A stretch of DNA of 37,589 bases from NCBI GenBank assembly GCA_029932585.1, contig JAOZPU010000005.1:13527-51115 (forward strand), read 5' to 3'. Shown one piece after another: positions 18,489 through 27,104 of this stretch (positions within the stretch are counted from its first letter, which is position 1; each line of letters starts with the position of its first letter). The notes beneath the pieces are model-generated. The model saw nothing but the letters and a program-made list of their open reading frames with translations. It was not told the origin of the DNA and ran no database searches. The DNA is from Spirochaetia bacterium. GTDB lineage: Bacteria > Spirochaetota > Spirochaetia > B11-G9. The translations under genes were made by a program, and so were the position numbers.

Positions 18489-18902
18489 ATGTATAAAAGA
18501 GTTTTTTTATTAGCGATTATTGCAATTTTGGCATTTATTATGAGTTCTTGTGGTGCTTTTTTAGGCGTAAGTATTGAAGATAGAATTACCCAGTTTGAAT
18601 CTGATTTAAATGGAAATAGAAGTAATATAATTGATAATTTTAGTGAAAGTTGTGATGATTATCCTGGGATGAACACATTAGCTTATTGGAATGATAGTGG
18701 TTCGTTTGATGATGATTATAAAAACTTTAATATTACTATACCAAGTAATCCTGATTCTACTTTCACTACTAGTTTTTCAGATACTTCTGGGGGAGGTCCT
18801 TATACAATAAAGTTTTATCTGATTGATGAAGGGGATTTCTTTTTAGGAGAAAACTGGAGAATCAGAAATATTTGGATTAGTGATACACTCTATATTGATT
18901 AG
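18489..18902 (+). CDS. Hypothetical lipoprotein
   Basis: ATG 18489 follows AAGGGGA; MYKR, a hydrophobic stretch and MSSC lipobox; acidic mature part. Confidence 0.75.
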   Translation: MYKRVFLLAIIAILAFIMSSCGAFLGVSIEDRITQFESDLNGNRSNIIDNFSESCDDYPGMNTLAYWNDSGSFDDDYKNFNITIPSNPDSTFTTSFSDTSGGGPYTIKFYLIDEGDFFLGENWRIRNIWISDTLYID

Positions 18903-18941
18903 ATCGGGTAGTGAAAAATATATTTATTTGCGGAGTCAATT

Positions 18942-19172
18942 TTGAAGAAAAAAAAGAAGCTTGTAGAAATTGATACAGACTTTGATGCAACTTTCATGGA
19001 TGGTATCTTGAATGAAAAAGAGATACCCCATGTAATGGTTTCCTACTCAACTTCCGCCTTCATCAATCTATTCCAAACTCAGAGTGGGTGGGGGCATATA
19101 AGTGCTCCCTCTGAGTTTCTAAAGGAAATAGAAAACATTTACGAAGAATTTAAACAATCACATGCAGAATAA
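18942..19172 (+). CDS. Small hypothetical protein (DUF2007-like)
   Basis: GGAG RBS and TTG start; the pattern FDA..MDGILNEKEIPH...GWGHI.AP resembles DUF2007-type small proteins. Confidence 0.6.
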   Translation: MKKKKKLVEIDTDFDATFMDGILNEKEIPHVMVSYSTSAFINLFQTQSGWGHISAPSEFLKEIENIYEEFKQSHAE

Positions 19173-19262
19173 TAATTATTATACTGTTCTAATTTGAAAA
19201 ATTTACTTAAATGAGATATATTATACTACGTTACTTTTTCTACTGATCTCTGGAGGTTAACA

Positions 19263-20141
19263 TTGAAAAGAAATATATTTGTGATAATTCTATTATTTTC
19301 TATATTATTCTGTGCTGCAGCAGATGATTTTCTTCTTGTATATGCAGAAGGTGATATTTTTGAAAGTGAAAACGGAACATGGTATGAACTGTTTATAGGT
19401 GATATGCTGACTGATAGCAGTACAATTAAAGTTGGACCTGATTCCATGGTAGAGATTGATGCAAATGGTAATACCCTGCTGTTAAATAAACCGGGAACTT
19501 ATAAACTGGGCGAACTTATTACCAAAACCAGTAAAGTTTCTGCATGGGGCAATAACCCTGTTTTTAAGAAATTCCTATCAGGTGATAATTCCCGTTCAGG
19601 TGTACAAACTGCAGTTATGGGAGTTAGAGGTTCTGCTACTGAAACAGATGATGTCGAATGGCTTTCTGAAGACAGCATGATAATTGATGAGGCTATTGAA
19701 ATGATAGAAGATGGTTCTTTTAATGATGCCATAGATTTCCTTTCTGAGGAGATGGAGTTTGCGTTTGATGAAGATCTTTCTGTTTATAATTATTATATAG
19801 GATACAGCTATTATATGCTGGGAGCTTCCGGAAGATCACTTTCCTATCTGGATGAAGTTGAGAGTGATTATGATGCCGAGTATTATCCTGATTTTGTAGT
19901 ATTAAAGGGAAGTTTGCTCCTGGAATCACTTGCTTATAATGATGCGCTGGATCTTTTTAATGATTTTCTAAGAAATGATGATTTTTCGGAGACTGCTCAG
20001 GCTGTAAATTATCTAAGCGCCAGTGCACTAAAAGGTCTTGGGAAGGATAGTGATGCAAAAAAGAAACTGGAAATTACTGTAAAAATGAATCCATCCAGTG
20101 ACATTGGAAAATCTGCGGATACTTTGCTAAATAATTTATAA
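19263..20141 (+). CDS. Secreted protein with FecR-like N-terminal beta domain and TPR repeats
   Basis: Signal peptide; IGDML...STIKVGPDS.VEI and AVMGVRG motifs; TPR-like YYIGYSYYMLG and YLSASALKGLG; GGAGG RBS. Confidence 0.75.
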   Translation: MKRNIFVIILLFSILFCAAADDFLLVYAEGDIFESENGTWYELFIGDMLTDSSTIKVGPDSMVEIDANGNTLLLNKPGTYKLGELITKTSKVSAWGNNPVFKKFLSGDNSRSGVQTAVMGVRGSATETDDVEWLSEDSMIIDEAIEMIEDGSFNDAIDFLSEEMEFAFDEDLSVYNYYIGYSYYMLGASGRSLSYLDEVESDYDAEYYPDFVVLKGSLLLESLAYNDALDLFNDFLRNDDFSETAQAVNYLSASALKGLGKDSDAKKKLEITVKMNPSSDIGKSADTLLNNL

Positions 20142-20159
20142 ATTTATATTTATTTTTTC

Positions 20160-20193
20160 AAAAAACCCGGCAATCAATAGTCGGGTTTTTTTT
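20160..20193 (+). terminator. Rho-independent terminator (possibly bidirectional)
   Basis: AAAAAACCCGGC-AATCAATA-GTCGGG-TTTTTTTT, beginning about 19 nt after the stop at 20141. Confidence 0.85.
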
Positions 20194-20214
20194 ATCGCAA
20201 AAAAAAATATATTC

Positions 20215-20243
20215 TTGAAAATTATTTTTTTTTAACATAACAT
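20215..20243 (+). promoter_or_regulatory. Putative sigma70 promoter
   Basis: TTGAAA-17 nt-TAACAT upstream of the GGAGGAG RBS of the gene at 20268. Confidence 0.4.
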
Positions 20244-20267
20244 ACAACTATAAGAGGGAGGAGTTTT

Positions 20268-20555
20268 ATGATAACTCAGGTATCAAGGTTTTATGTCAGG
20301 GTAAAAGAAGATCTGGAGAAGGCATTTACTGATTTTTTCCCCCATATGTCTTCAAATTATATTAAAATGGCAAATTTATTTGATAAAGATAAATGTTATC
20401 CTGTTTTGGCAGTTGAGAAAGTAGTTGTTTTTACAATTGATGGTTCAGAAGTAGAATCTGCACGTTTCCTTGTTCCTTCCGAAAATGGGAATTTTATATG
20501 GATTCAGTCAGAAATATTTGATTTTATGGGTTTTGAGGGTGCCTGCGGAGATTAG
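20268..20555 (+). CDS. Hypothetical protein (95 aa)
   Basis: Strong GGAGGAG RBS, its own putative promoter and normal composition; no family recognised. Confidence 0.75.
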   Translation: MITQVSRFYVRVKEDLEKAFTDFFPHMSSNYIKMANLFDKDKCYPVLAVEKVVVFTIDGSEVESARFLVPSENGNFIWIQSEIFDFMGFEGACGD

Positions 20556-20562
20556 ATCTGTT

Positions 20563-21852
20563 TTAGGTCTCATTTGTAATGTATTCTTTCAGTTTGTTAT
20601 AAACCTTAACAGGGACTCTTGCTTTTATAATTGATCCTGTTTCCTTATAATCTTCATCAAGAACTGTTCCTTCTCTATGGATCATTGAAATTAAATCGTA
20701 CCTGTCGGTTGGAATTAATAAAGATATGATATGCTTGTCTTTGTTGAGTATTTCTTCAACTTTTTCAAAAATTTTTTCTAACCCCTTTTCTGTTTTTGCA
20801 GATATATATAATGCATCCGGGTTGTCTATTTCTATGTTTAAGCTATCTGTAGTATTTGTATCCAAATCTATTTTATTAAAGACCAGTATCATTGGTTTTT
20901 CACCAGCACCCAGTTCATTCAGAACTTCCATTGTAATTCTATACTGTTCTTCCACTTCCGGATGAGATAAATCCAGTACATGGATCAGAAAATCTGCAAG
21001 AACTGTTTCCTCCAATGTTGATCTGAATGCATCTACCAGATCATGGGGTAGTTTCCTAATAAAACCTACGGTATCTGTCAGAAGAATTTTATGTCCTCCA
21101 GGCAGGACTACTTTTCTGGTGGTGGGATCAAGTGTAGCAAAGAGTTTGTCTTCAACAAAGGCATTGGAACCTGTAAGTGCATTTAATAGAGATGATTTCC
21201 CTGCATTTGTATAGCCTACAAGAGCTCCTGTAGGAATAGAGAGGGCAGACCTTTGTTTTCGTAATGTATCTCTATGAAGCCGCACTTTTAAAAGTTCTTT
21301 CTTTAAGCGGGTTATTTTGTTCATAACAATACGTCTGTCGACTTCAAGCTGGGTTTCCCCTTCTCCTCGTGTTCCCTTGGATCCTCCCCTTTGTCTTGAT
21401 AAATGTGTCCATGCCCTTGTAAGCCTTGGAAGACTATATTCCATTCTTGCAAGACCTACCTGTAGAACCGCTTCTCTTGTAGTTGCTCTTCCTGCAAAAA
21501 TATCCAAAATAACTTCGTGTCTGTCAATTACAGCTTTCCCTGAAAGTTCTTCAAAATTTCTTTGCTGGCCAGGAGAAAGATCATTATCAAAGATTATTAC
21601 TTCAGCTGATAATTTTTTTGCAAATTCTGTTATTTCATCAGCTTTCCCTGTTCCAACGAAAAACTTAGGGTTTCTTTTTTTTAGGGGTACAACCAAAGAT
21701 TTTACAGTTTCGGCTCCCATTGTATCTACAAGGCTTTCCAATTCTTTTAGGTGAATAAGTGCTTCTCCCTTACTCATTTCCGGGTATTGCATACAAACTA
21801 AAACAGCTTTTTGTTTTAATTCGGTGTCTGTTAAATTTATATTTATTTCCAT
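20563..21852 (-). CDS. hflX: Ribosome-splitting GTPase HflX
   Basis: LSPGQQRN, GEGETQLEVDRR, G1 GYTNAGKS, LFATLDPT, G3 DTVGFI and G4 NKID motifs. Confidence 0.97.
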   Translation of the reverse strand: MEININLTDTELKQKAVLVCMQYPEMSKGEALIHLKELESLVDTMGAETVKSLVVPLKKRNPKFFVGTGKADEITEFAKKLSAEVIIFDNDLSPGQQRNFEELSGKAVIDRHEVILDIFAGRATTREAVLQVGLARMEYSLPRLTRAWTHLSRQRGGSKGTRGEGETQLEVDRRIVMNKITRLKKELLKVRLHRDTLRKQRSALSIPTGALVGYTNAGKSSLLNALTGSNAFVEDKLFATLDPTTRKVVLPGGHKILLTDTVGFIRKLPHDLVDAFRSTLEETVLADFLIHVLDLSHPEVEEQYRITMEVLNELGAGEKPMILVFNKIDLDTNTTDSLNIEIDNPDALYISAKTEKGLEKIFEKVEEILNKDKHIISLLIPTDRYDLISMIHREGTVLDEDYKETGSIIKARVPVKVYNKLKEYITNET

Positions 21853-21893
21853 ATTGATTTATATACTACCCGGGACTACAATGTGTGTCTATT

Positions 21894-22082
21894 ATGAACG
21901 TACCTGACCGCCCACCAAATTGTCTTAAATGTATATATTTTGCAGTAACATGGGAACCCAATTTTCCCAGAAGTTGTAAGATGTTTGGTGTAAAATCAAA
22001 AAATCTTCCATCCTTAGTCGTAAAAAGAGCAACAGGTAAAAATTGTCCTGCTTTTAAAAAATCTCCAAAAATAAAAGATTAG
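21894..22082 (+). CDS. Small four-cysteine (putative metal-binding) hypothetical protein
   Basis: NCLKC.YF.VTWEPNFP.SC.MFGVKS..LPS..V...TG..CPAF pattern. TTGATT-17 nt-TACAAT lies just upstream, favouring ATG 21894 over GTG 21885. Confidence 0.75.
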   Translation: MNVPDRPPNCLKCIYFAVTWEPNFPRSCKMFGVKSKNLPSLVVKRATGKNCPAFKKSPKIKD

Positions 22083-22088
22083 TATTAT

Positions 22089-22874
22089 TTAACCGTAACT
22101 ATGTAATCCTGATAGCACAAAATTAACACCAAAAAATGTAAAAATTGTAAACACAAACCCTACAATGGCAAGAATTGCAGAAATTTTCCCTCTTAAACTT
22201 TTTACCAGTCTTGAGTGGAGATATGCCGTGTAGACCAACCATGTAATCAATGCCCATGTTTCTTTAGGGTCCCAGCTCCAGTAAGATCCCCATGCCGATT
22301 CTGCCCAGATAGCACCAAAAATAAGTGCTCCAGCAGTATAAATTGGATATCCTATGGCAATTGCGGTATATGTTAATCTGTCTGCATTAAGCTTTTTCTC
22401 TGCATCTTTTGTAAGCAAGTAATAAATAGCAGTAATAAAACTTAAAGCAAAAAAAGATTCTCCTATAAATGAAAAAGTTACATGAAGAACCAGCCACATT
22501 GATTGAAGTGCTGGAATAGGTGGTTGAATATCTTTCGGGGCTATAGGGGAGGAGGCTATTGCCAGTAAAATTAATGCTACAATTGTACTCCCGAATAATA
22601 TAAACTGAAGAACCTTCCACTTTTTTTGAATACGATAAAAATAAAGCAAGAGTGCAATTATACCAGAAAAGAATACAAGTGATTCAAAAGTATTTGTTAC
22701 GGCAACAAAATTTATTTGTATACTTCTTTGTATATTTGTTGCCAGAAGTAATAGAGCGCCTGCCAGTAAAAAATAATGTGAAAATGGATCAGGTTTATCT
22801 GTTTTTTTTAAAAGAAAGAAAATCTGAATTACAGCAGCAATACTCAGCATAAAAAAAGCAATAGTTGGCATCAT
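22089..22874 (-). CDS. ccsA: Cytochrome c biogenesis protein CcsA/ResC (System II)
   Basis: PALQS.WLVLHV, WWD domain WGSYWSWDPKETWALITW, YLH and C-terminal GLHSY. Confidence 0.95.
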   Translation of the reverse strand: MMPTIAFFMLSIAAVIQIFFLLKKTDKPDPFSHYFLLAGALLLLATNIQRSIQINFVAVTNTFESLVFFSGIIALLLYFYRIQKKWKVLQFILFGSTIVALILLAIASSPIAPKDIQPPIPALQSMWLVLHVTFSFIGESFFALSFITAIYYLLTKDAEKKLNADRLTYTAIAIGYPIYTAGALIFGAIWAESAWGSYWSWDPKETWALITWLVYTAYLHSRLVKSLRGKISAILAIVGFVFTIFTFFGVNFVLSGLHSYG

Positions 22875-23851
22875 AGTATGTCATCTCCCAATTTTTGATA
22901 GTAAGTTAAAAAAAGTCCAATTGTTAGTAAAATAAGGCCTATAAGAACTGTATAGTATCCAGGATCACTTACAATCTGGAGCCCTGTACTTAATTTAGTG
23001 TCAGTTCCTATTATTGTATAAATATCAATTTTATCTGCAATAGACAGGCTTACAGGGCCTTCTCCTTTGTTATTGACCCATTTTTCAAATATTATTGTAT
23101 TTTTTTCAGAGTCAGAGGGATCTATAATAATATCATTAAAAATAAGTCCGTAATCGCCAGCAGGTATCAATTGGCCAGGCTTGAGTTGGTATATCGTATT
23201 TGATGAGTCAGATATAAATAGTATATTTTTAGATGTATAAGATATTTGATATATTTTTTTATTTCCAGCTTTTAAAGGAGTGTTAACTTCAATAGAATAA
23301 GAGTCTTTAATTAGTTGTCCATTTTTATTTAGATCTACTGTAGATATCCAGTCTTTTGGTCTGCCATTTTCATATTTTAGAAATTCAAAATTTTTAAGTG
23401 TTAAAGTGTAGCCACCTGTCAGGTTTATTGTTTCACCCTCTTCCATTCTTACAAATGCTTCAGTCCTTCCTAAAAAAGTAATCATACCCCCAATAATTAG
23501 TAAAAGAAGTCCAATATGTAATATGTCAGGACCAAATCTCTTTTTTGCTTTCCTTTGAAGTCTTCCTTTTAGTCTGTCAAAAGTACATACAAAAAGATTA
23601 ATAAAAAACAAAACAGATGGTATAATAAAAATAAAGGATCTGAAAAAATTATTGAAACCTGTAGTTAAAATAAGCCAGGTCGCAAAAGAATTATAGGTTT
23701 CAGTATAAAAAACCAGATCTTTATTTTGTGGAATGAAAGTAGAGATAATAGCTGTTAATGTAATAATTAGAATTAATACTATAGCAAGTTTAACTGAGCG
23801 GAAAAATTTAAATATGCCTCCTGCCCAATTTTTGGATGTATTGTTACTCAT
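22871..23851 (-). CDS. ccsB: Cytochrome c biogenesis protein CcsB/ResB (System II)
   Basis: FFRSVKLAIVL, IPQ, NLFVCT, LHIGLLLLIIGG, IEVNTPL, YQ and TGLQIVSDPG motifs; overlaps the ccsA start. Confidence 0.92.
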   Translation of the reverse strand: MSNNTSKNWAGGIFKFFRSVKLAIVLILIITLTAIISTFIPQNKDLVFYTETYNSFATWLILTTGFNNFFRSFIFIIPSVLFFINLFVCTFDRLKGRLQRKAKKRFGPDILHIGLLLLIIGGMITFLGRTEAFVRMEEGETINLTGGYTLTLKNFEFLKYENGRPKDWISTVDLNKNGQLIKDSYSIEVNTPLKAGNKKIYQISYTSKNILFISDSSNTIYQLKPGQLIPAGDYGLIFNDIIIDPSDSEKNTIIFEKWVNNKGEGPVSLSIADKIDIYTIIGTDTKLSTGLQIVSDPGYYTVLIGLILLTIGLFLTYYQKLGDDIL

Positions 23852-24000
23852 ATTACATCTCCCCTTATATAGTATTAAATATGACTCTGCTAGTAATGTA
23901 TATTATAAATTAAATAGAATTTAGTCAAACGAAATGTATAAATATTAAAAAAACTGTAACAATAATATTAGAAAAGTATAATTATTATTAATAATAATTC

Positions 24001-25029
24001 TTAAAAATCAACAAGTGAAAAATTTGAGGATTTTAGCTGAAAGTATTCTTCCAGACCAGAACTTACAAATATCTTTTTATCTTTTGTTATAAAAATTCCT
24101 TCTAATTTGTCTGTAGACTCCAATATTTCCATACCCCTTATAAGGCCTGCTGAAAATACGACGGTTGAATATGCATCAGCCATTATTCCATTATGAGCTA
24201 CTATTGTTATGCTAAGCAAATTGTTCTCAACTGGATAGCCTGAATCCGGATCAAGAATGTGGTGGTATCTGTTACCATTTTTTTCGAAATAGCGTTCATA
24301 TATACCAGACGTAACTACTGCTGACTCGTCTGTTTCTATGGTCCCAATATATTGACCTCTGGAATCAATAGGATTCTGAATACCAATTTTCCAGAGTGTT
24401 TCCTTATTTTTTTTACCAAAGGTAAGTACATTACCACCAAGATTTATAATCCCCTTAGTAAACCCTTTATTAAGGAGGAACTCCTTTAAAATATCTGCAG
24501 CATAACCTTTTGCAATACCACCCAGGTCTATAGCCATATTTTTGTATTGCAGAAATACTGTTTTTTCATTGTTATTCAATAAAATATTTTGAGATCCAAT
24601 AAATGGGAGAACAGCTTCAATTGTATGAGTTTCAGGTACATTCTGCTTTTCAGTTCCTATTGCCCAAAGGTTAACAAGAGGTCCAATAGTAATATCAAAT
24701 TTACTTCCTGGTAAATTTGCATATTTTATTCCTTCTTCTATTACAAAAAATGTATCTTCGGATACTTTAACAGGATTAATACCTGCATTGGAATTTATCT
24801 GATCAAGTTCAGAATTTAATATTACCGGACTCATTTTATTTTCTATATTTTGAATAATTTTAAATGCTTCCTGAAAGGAAAAATCATTATTTTTCTCATA
24901 TAGAGTAATGGAACATACAGTGCCTAAAGCAAAGCTGGTTTCAGAATAAGGTTTTACATTATTACTATTACAGGACATAACAGTAAGAGAGATAACAAAC
25001 AGGATAAAAATTGAGTTAATCTTTTTCAT
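24001..25029 (-). CDS. apbE: FAD:protein FMN transferase ApbE/Ftp lipoprotein
   Basis: Lipobox VMSC; FALGT, FDITIGPL, DLGGIAKGY, NLGGN, TSGIYERY, HHILDP and ADAYST motifs. Confidence 0.95.
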   Translation of the reverse strand: MKKINSIFILFVISLTVMSCNSNNVKPYSETSFALGTVCSITLYEKNNDFSFQEAFKIIQNIENKMSPVILNSELDQINSNAGINPVKVSEDTFFVIEEGIKYANLPGSKFDITIGPLVNLWAIGTEKQNVPETHTIEAVLPFIGSQNILLNNNEKTVFLQYKNMAIDLGGIAKGYAADILKEFLLNKGFTKGIINLGGNVLTFGKKNKETLWKIGIQNPIDSRGQYIGTIETDESAVVTSGIYERYFEKNGNRYHHILDPDSGYPVENNLLSITIVAHNGIMADAYSTVVFSAGLIRGMEILESTDKLEGIFITKDKKIFVSSGLEEYFQLKSSNFSLVDF

Positions 25030-25170
25030 AGTTTTAAAACTCTAACATATTGGACTCAAGGTTTGCAATTACTGATTGGAGAGGGGGACGGGGGGGCCAA
25101 TAAAAATCTATATTTGCCAATAACTATATTCCTATGCTACTATGGTACAAATTATCAATGTGGAGTTCTT

Positions 25171-26166
25171 ATGTTAAATGCAATAACAGATATTCCCGGC
25201 ATTAAAGTCGGTCATGCTCAAAATATAGATGCAGGTACCGGCTGTACTGTAATTATTTGTGAAGATGGTGCTGTAACAGGTGTCGATGTAAGGGGTGGAG
25301 GCCCTGGTACTCGTGAGATAGCTGCACTTGATCCTGTAAACCTTGTTACCAAAGCTCATGCAGTATTTTTAGGTGGGGGAAGTGCTTACGGGCTGGATGG
25401 TGCTGCAGGAGTAATGCAGTATCTGGAGGAGAAGGAGATTGGTTTCAATGTTGGTGTAGGTGTTGTTCCCATAGTACCGGGGGCAGTGTTGTTTGATTTT
25501 TTTGTAGGTGATTATAAAATACGTCCGGATAAGGAAATGGGATACAAAGCATGTCTGGATGCTAAAGATAATAACAAGGCCGAAGGAAATATTGGAGCCG
25601 GAACCGGTGCTGCTGTTGGAAAGATAAAAGGCCCTGATTATTTTATGAAGAGCGGTATTGGTACAGCAAGCAGGCAAGTAGGAGATTTAATTGTTGGTGC
25701 CATTGTTGCTGTAAACTCTTTTGGGGATGTTATATGTCCCTTTACAGGACGAATAATTGCAGGGACTCTGGATGAGGAAAAGAAAAATCTTGCAGATACT
25801 ATGTCAATAATGTCTTCAACAGATGCCAGTGAGAGTACTGCTTTTTCAGGGAATACTACAATTGGGTGTATTGCTGTAAATGCCAATTTAACTAAAGCAG
25901 AAGCTACAAAAGTATCAATGATGGCTCATGACGGGTTTGCAAGAGCTATAAATCCAATACATACCATGTATGATGGAGATACTATTTTTTGTATGGCAAC
26001 AGGAAAAGTTAAGTCTGATCCTACAATAATAGGCGCTTTAGCCGCGGAAGTTATGGCAGATGCTATAGTAAATGCTGTTAAAAGTGCAGAAACAGCTTAT
26101 GGTATACCCTGTTATAATGATATTGCCAGAGAAGAGAGAAAAGAGAGGGACGGAGGTTCATTATGA
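25171..26166 (+). CDS. Peptidase S58/P1 (DmpA/OAT superfamily), Thr-nucleophile type like ThnT/NylC
   Basis: ITDIPGIKVGH, DVRGGGPGTRE, GGSAYGL, GNIGAGTGA, autocleavage GN|TT and HTMYDGD motifs. Start moved to ATG 25171 after GGAG. Confidence 0.92.
   Translation: MLNAITDIPGIKVGHAQNIDAGTGCTVIICEDGAVTGVDVRGGGPGTREIAALDPVNLVTKAHAVFLGGGSAYGLDGAAGVMQYLEEKEIGFNVGVGVVPIVPGAVLFDFFVGDYKIRPDKEMGYKACLDAKDNNKAEGNIGAGTGAAVGKIKGPDYFMKSGIGTASRQVGDLIVGAIVAVNSFGDVICPFTGRIIAGTLDEEKKNLADTMSIMSSTDASESTAFSGNTTIGCIAVNANLTKAEATKVSMMAHDGFARAINPIHTMYDGDTIFCMATGKVKSDPTIIGALAAEVMADAIVNAVKSAETAYGIPCYNDIAREERKERDGGSL
26147..26162 (-). repeat. Dispersed GC-rich motif copy (GGGACGGAGGTTCATT on the + strand)
   Basis: Reverse complement of 14464..14479. 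It encodes the S58 C-terminal tail and contains the GGAGG RBS of panE. Confidence 0.6.
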
Positions 26167-27104
26167 AAATATCAATAATCGGAGCAGGAGCTATGGGCTC
26201 ACTGTACGGTGGAAAATTATCCCTGTCTGGTAATGATGTTGTTCTCTACGATATTAATAAAGCTCATGTTGATACTATCAATTCAAAAGGTCTTATTATT
26301 GAGGAATCTGATACTGGAGAAAAAATAACTGCTCATCCAACAGCATCTTCTAATCCAGAGGATGTTTCAGGATCAGATTTGTTGATAATTTTTGTTAAAT
26401 CAACAGCAACTAAATTAGTTTCTGAGCAATTTGTAAAATATGCAAAACCTGAAACTATTGCTCTGACCCTCCAGAATGGTTTAGGTAATGAGGATATTAT
26501 AAGGGATTCCTTTGGAGCCGAAAGAACTGCAGCCGGAGTTACTTCCCAGGGTGCCACATTTCTTGGACCGGGGAAAATACGTCATGCTGGAAATGGCCCT
26601 ACTCACATTTGTATGTCAAATAAAGATAACACTAAACTTAAAGAAGTTATACGGGTTTTTTCAGAAAGCGGCTTTGAAATTCATATTGAAGAAAATATAG
26701 CAGATCTTGTTTGGAGCAAACTTGTAATTAATGTGGGAATTAACGCAGTAACAGCTCTTTCAGGTCTTGAAAATGGCAAACTTCTTGATTATTCCGATAT
26801 GAAATCTCTAATGGCAGATCTTGTTGGAGAAGCGGTAACGGTCGCTGAAAAAAAGGGAATAAAGCTTAGCTACGATGATCCTTTGCAGATTGTATACGAT
26901 GTTTCTGAAAAAACTGCTCTTAATAGGTCTTCCATGTTACAGGATTTTGATCGGGGAAGTCTTACGGAGATAGATTTTATTAATTATGCTATAGTAAGGG
27001 AAGGGGCAAAACTTGGAATTGCCACTCCGTTTAATAGTGCAATTTCAAAACTTGTTAAATCTATGGAACTTGTAAACAGGAGTAGGAAGGTTACAGATGC
27101 TTAG
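26163..27104 (+). CDS. panE: 2-dehydropantoate 2-reductase (PanE/ApbA family)
   Basis: GAGAMG Rossmann motif, FVKS, LQNGLGN, WSKLVINVGIN, SSMLQD and TEIDFIN. Confidence 0.92.
   Translation: MKISIIGAGAMGSLYGGKLSLSGNDVVLYDINKAHVDTINSKGLIIEESDTGEKITAHPTASSNPEDVSGSDLLIIFVKSTATKLVSEQFVKYAKPETIALTLQNGLGNEDIIRDSFGAERTAAGVTSQGATFLGPGKIRHAGNGPTHICMSNKDNTKLKEVIRVFSESGFEIHIEENIADLVWSKLVINVGINAVTALSGLENGKLLDYSDMKSLMADLVGEAVTVAEKKGIKLSYDDPLQIVYDVSEKTALNRSSMLQDFDRGSLTEIDFINYAIVREGAKLGIATPFNSAISKLVKSMELVNRSRKVTDA

Noticed and set aside
21894-22082. Calling the small Cys protein a uracil-DNA glycosylase, a label I recall for similar proteins
   Set aside because: It is far too short and has no UDG catalytic motifs.
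25079-25098. G-rich run GAGAGGGGGACGGGGGGGCC as a G-quadruplex or phase-variable tract
   Set aside because: It has only two long G-runs and is not clearly within a promoter spacer. It is better explained as a variant of the dispersed GGGGACGG motif.
25063-25170. N-terminal extension of the S58 ORF in the track
   Set aside because: Family similarity begins at MLNAITDIPG (ATG 25171, GGAG RBS); the upstream part is the divergent intergenic region.
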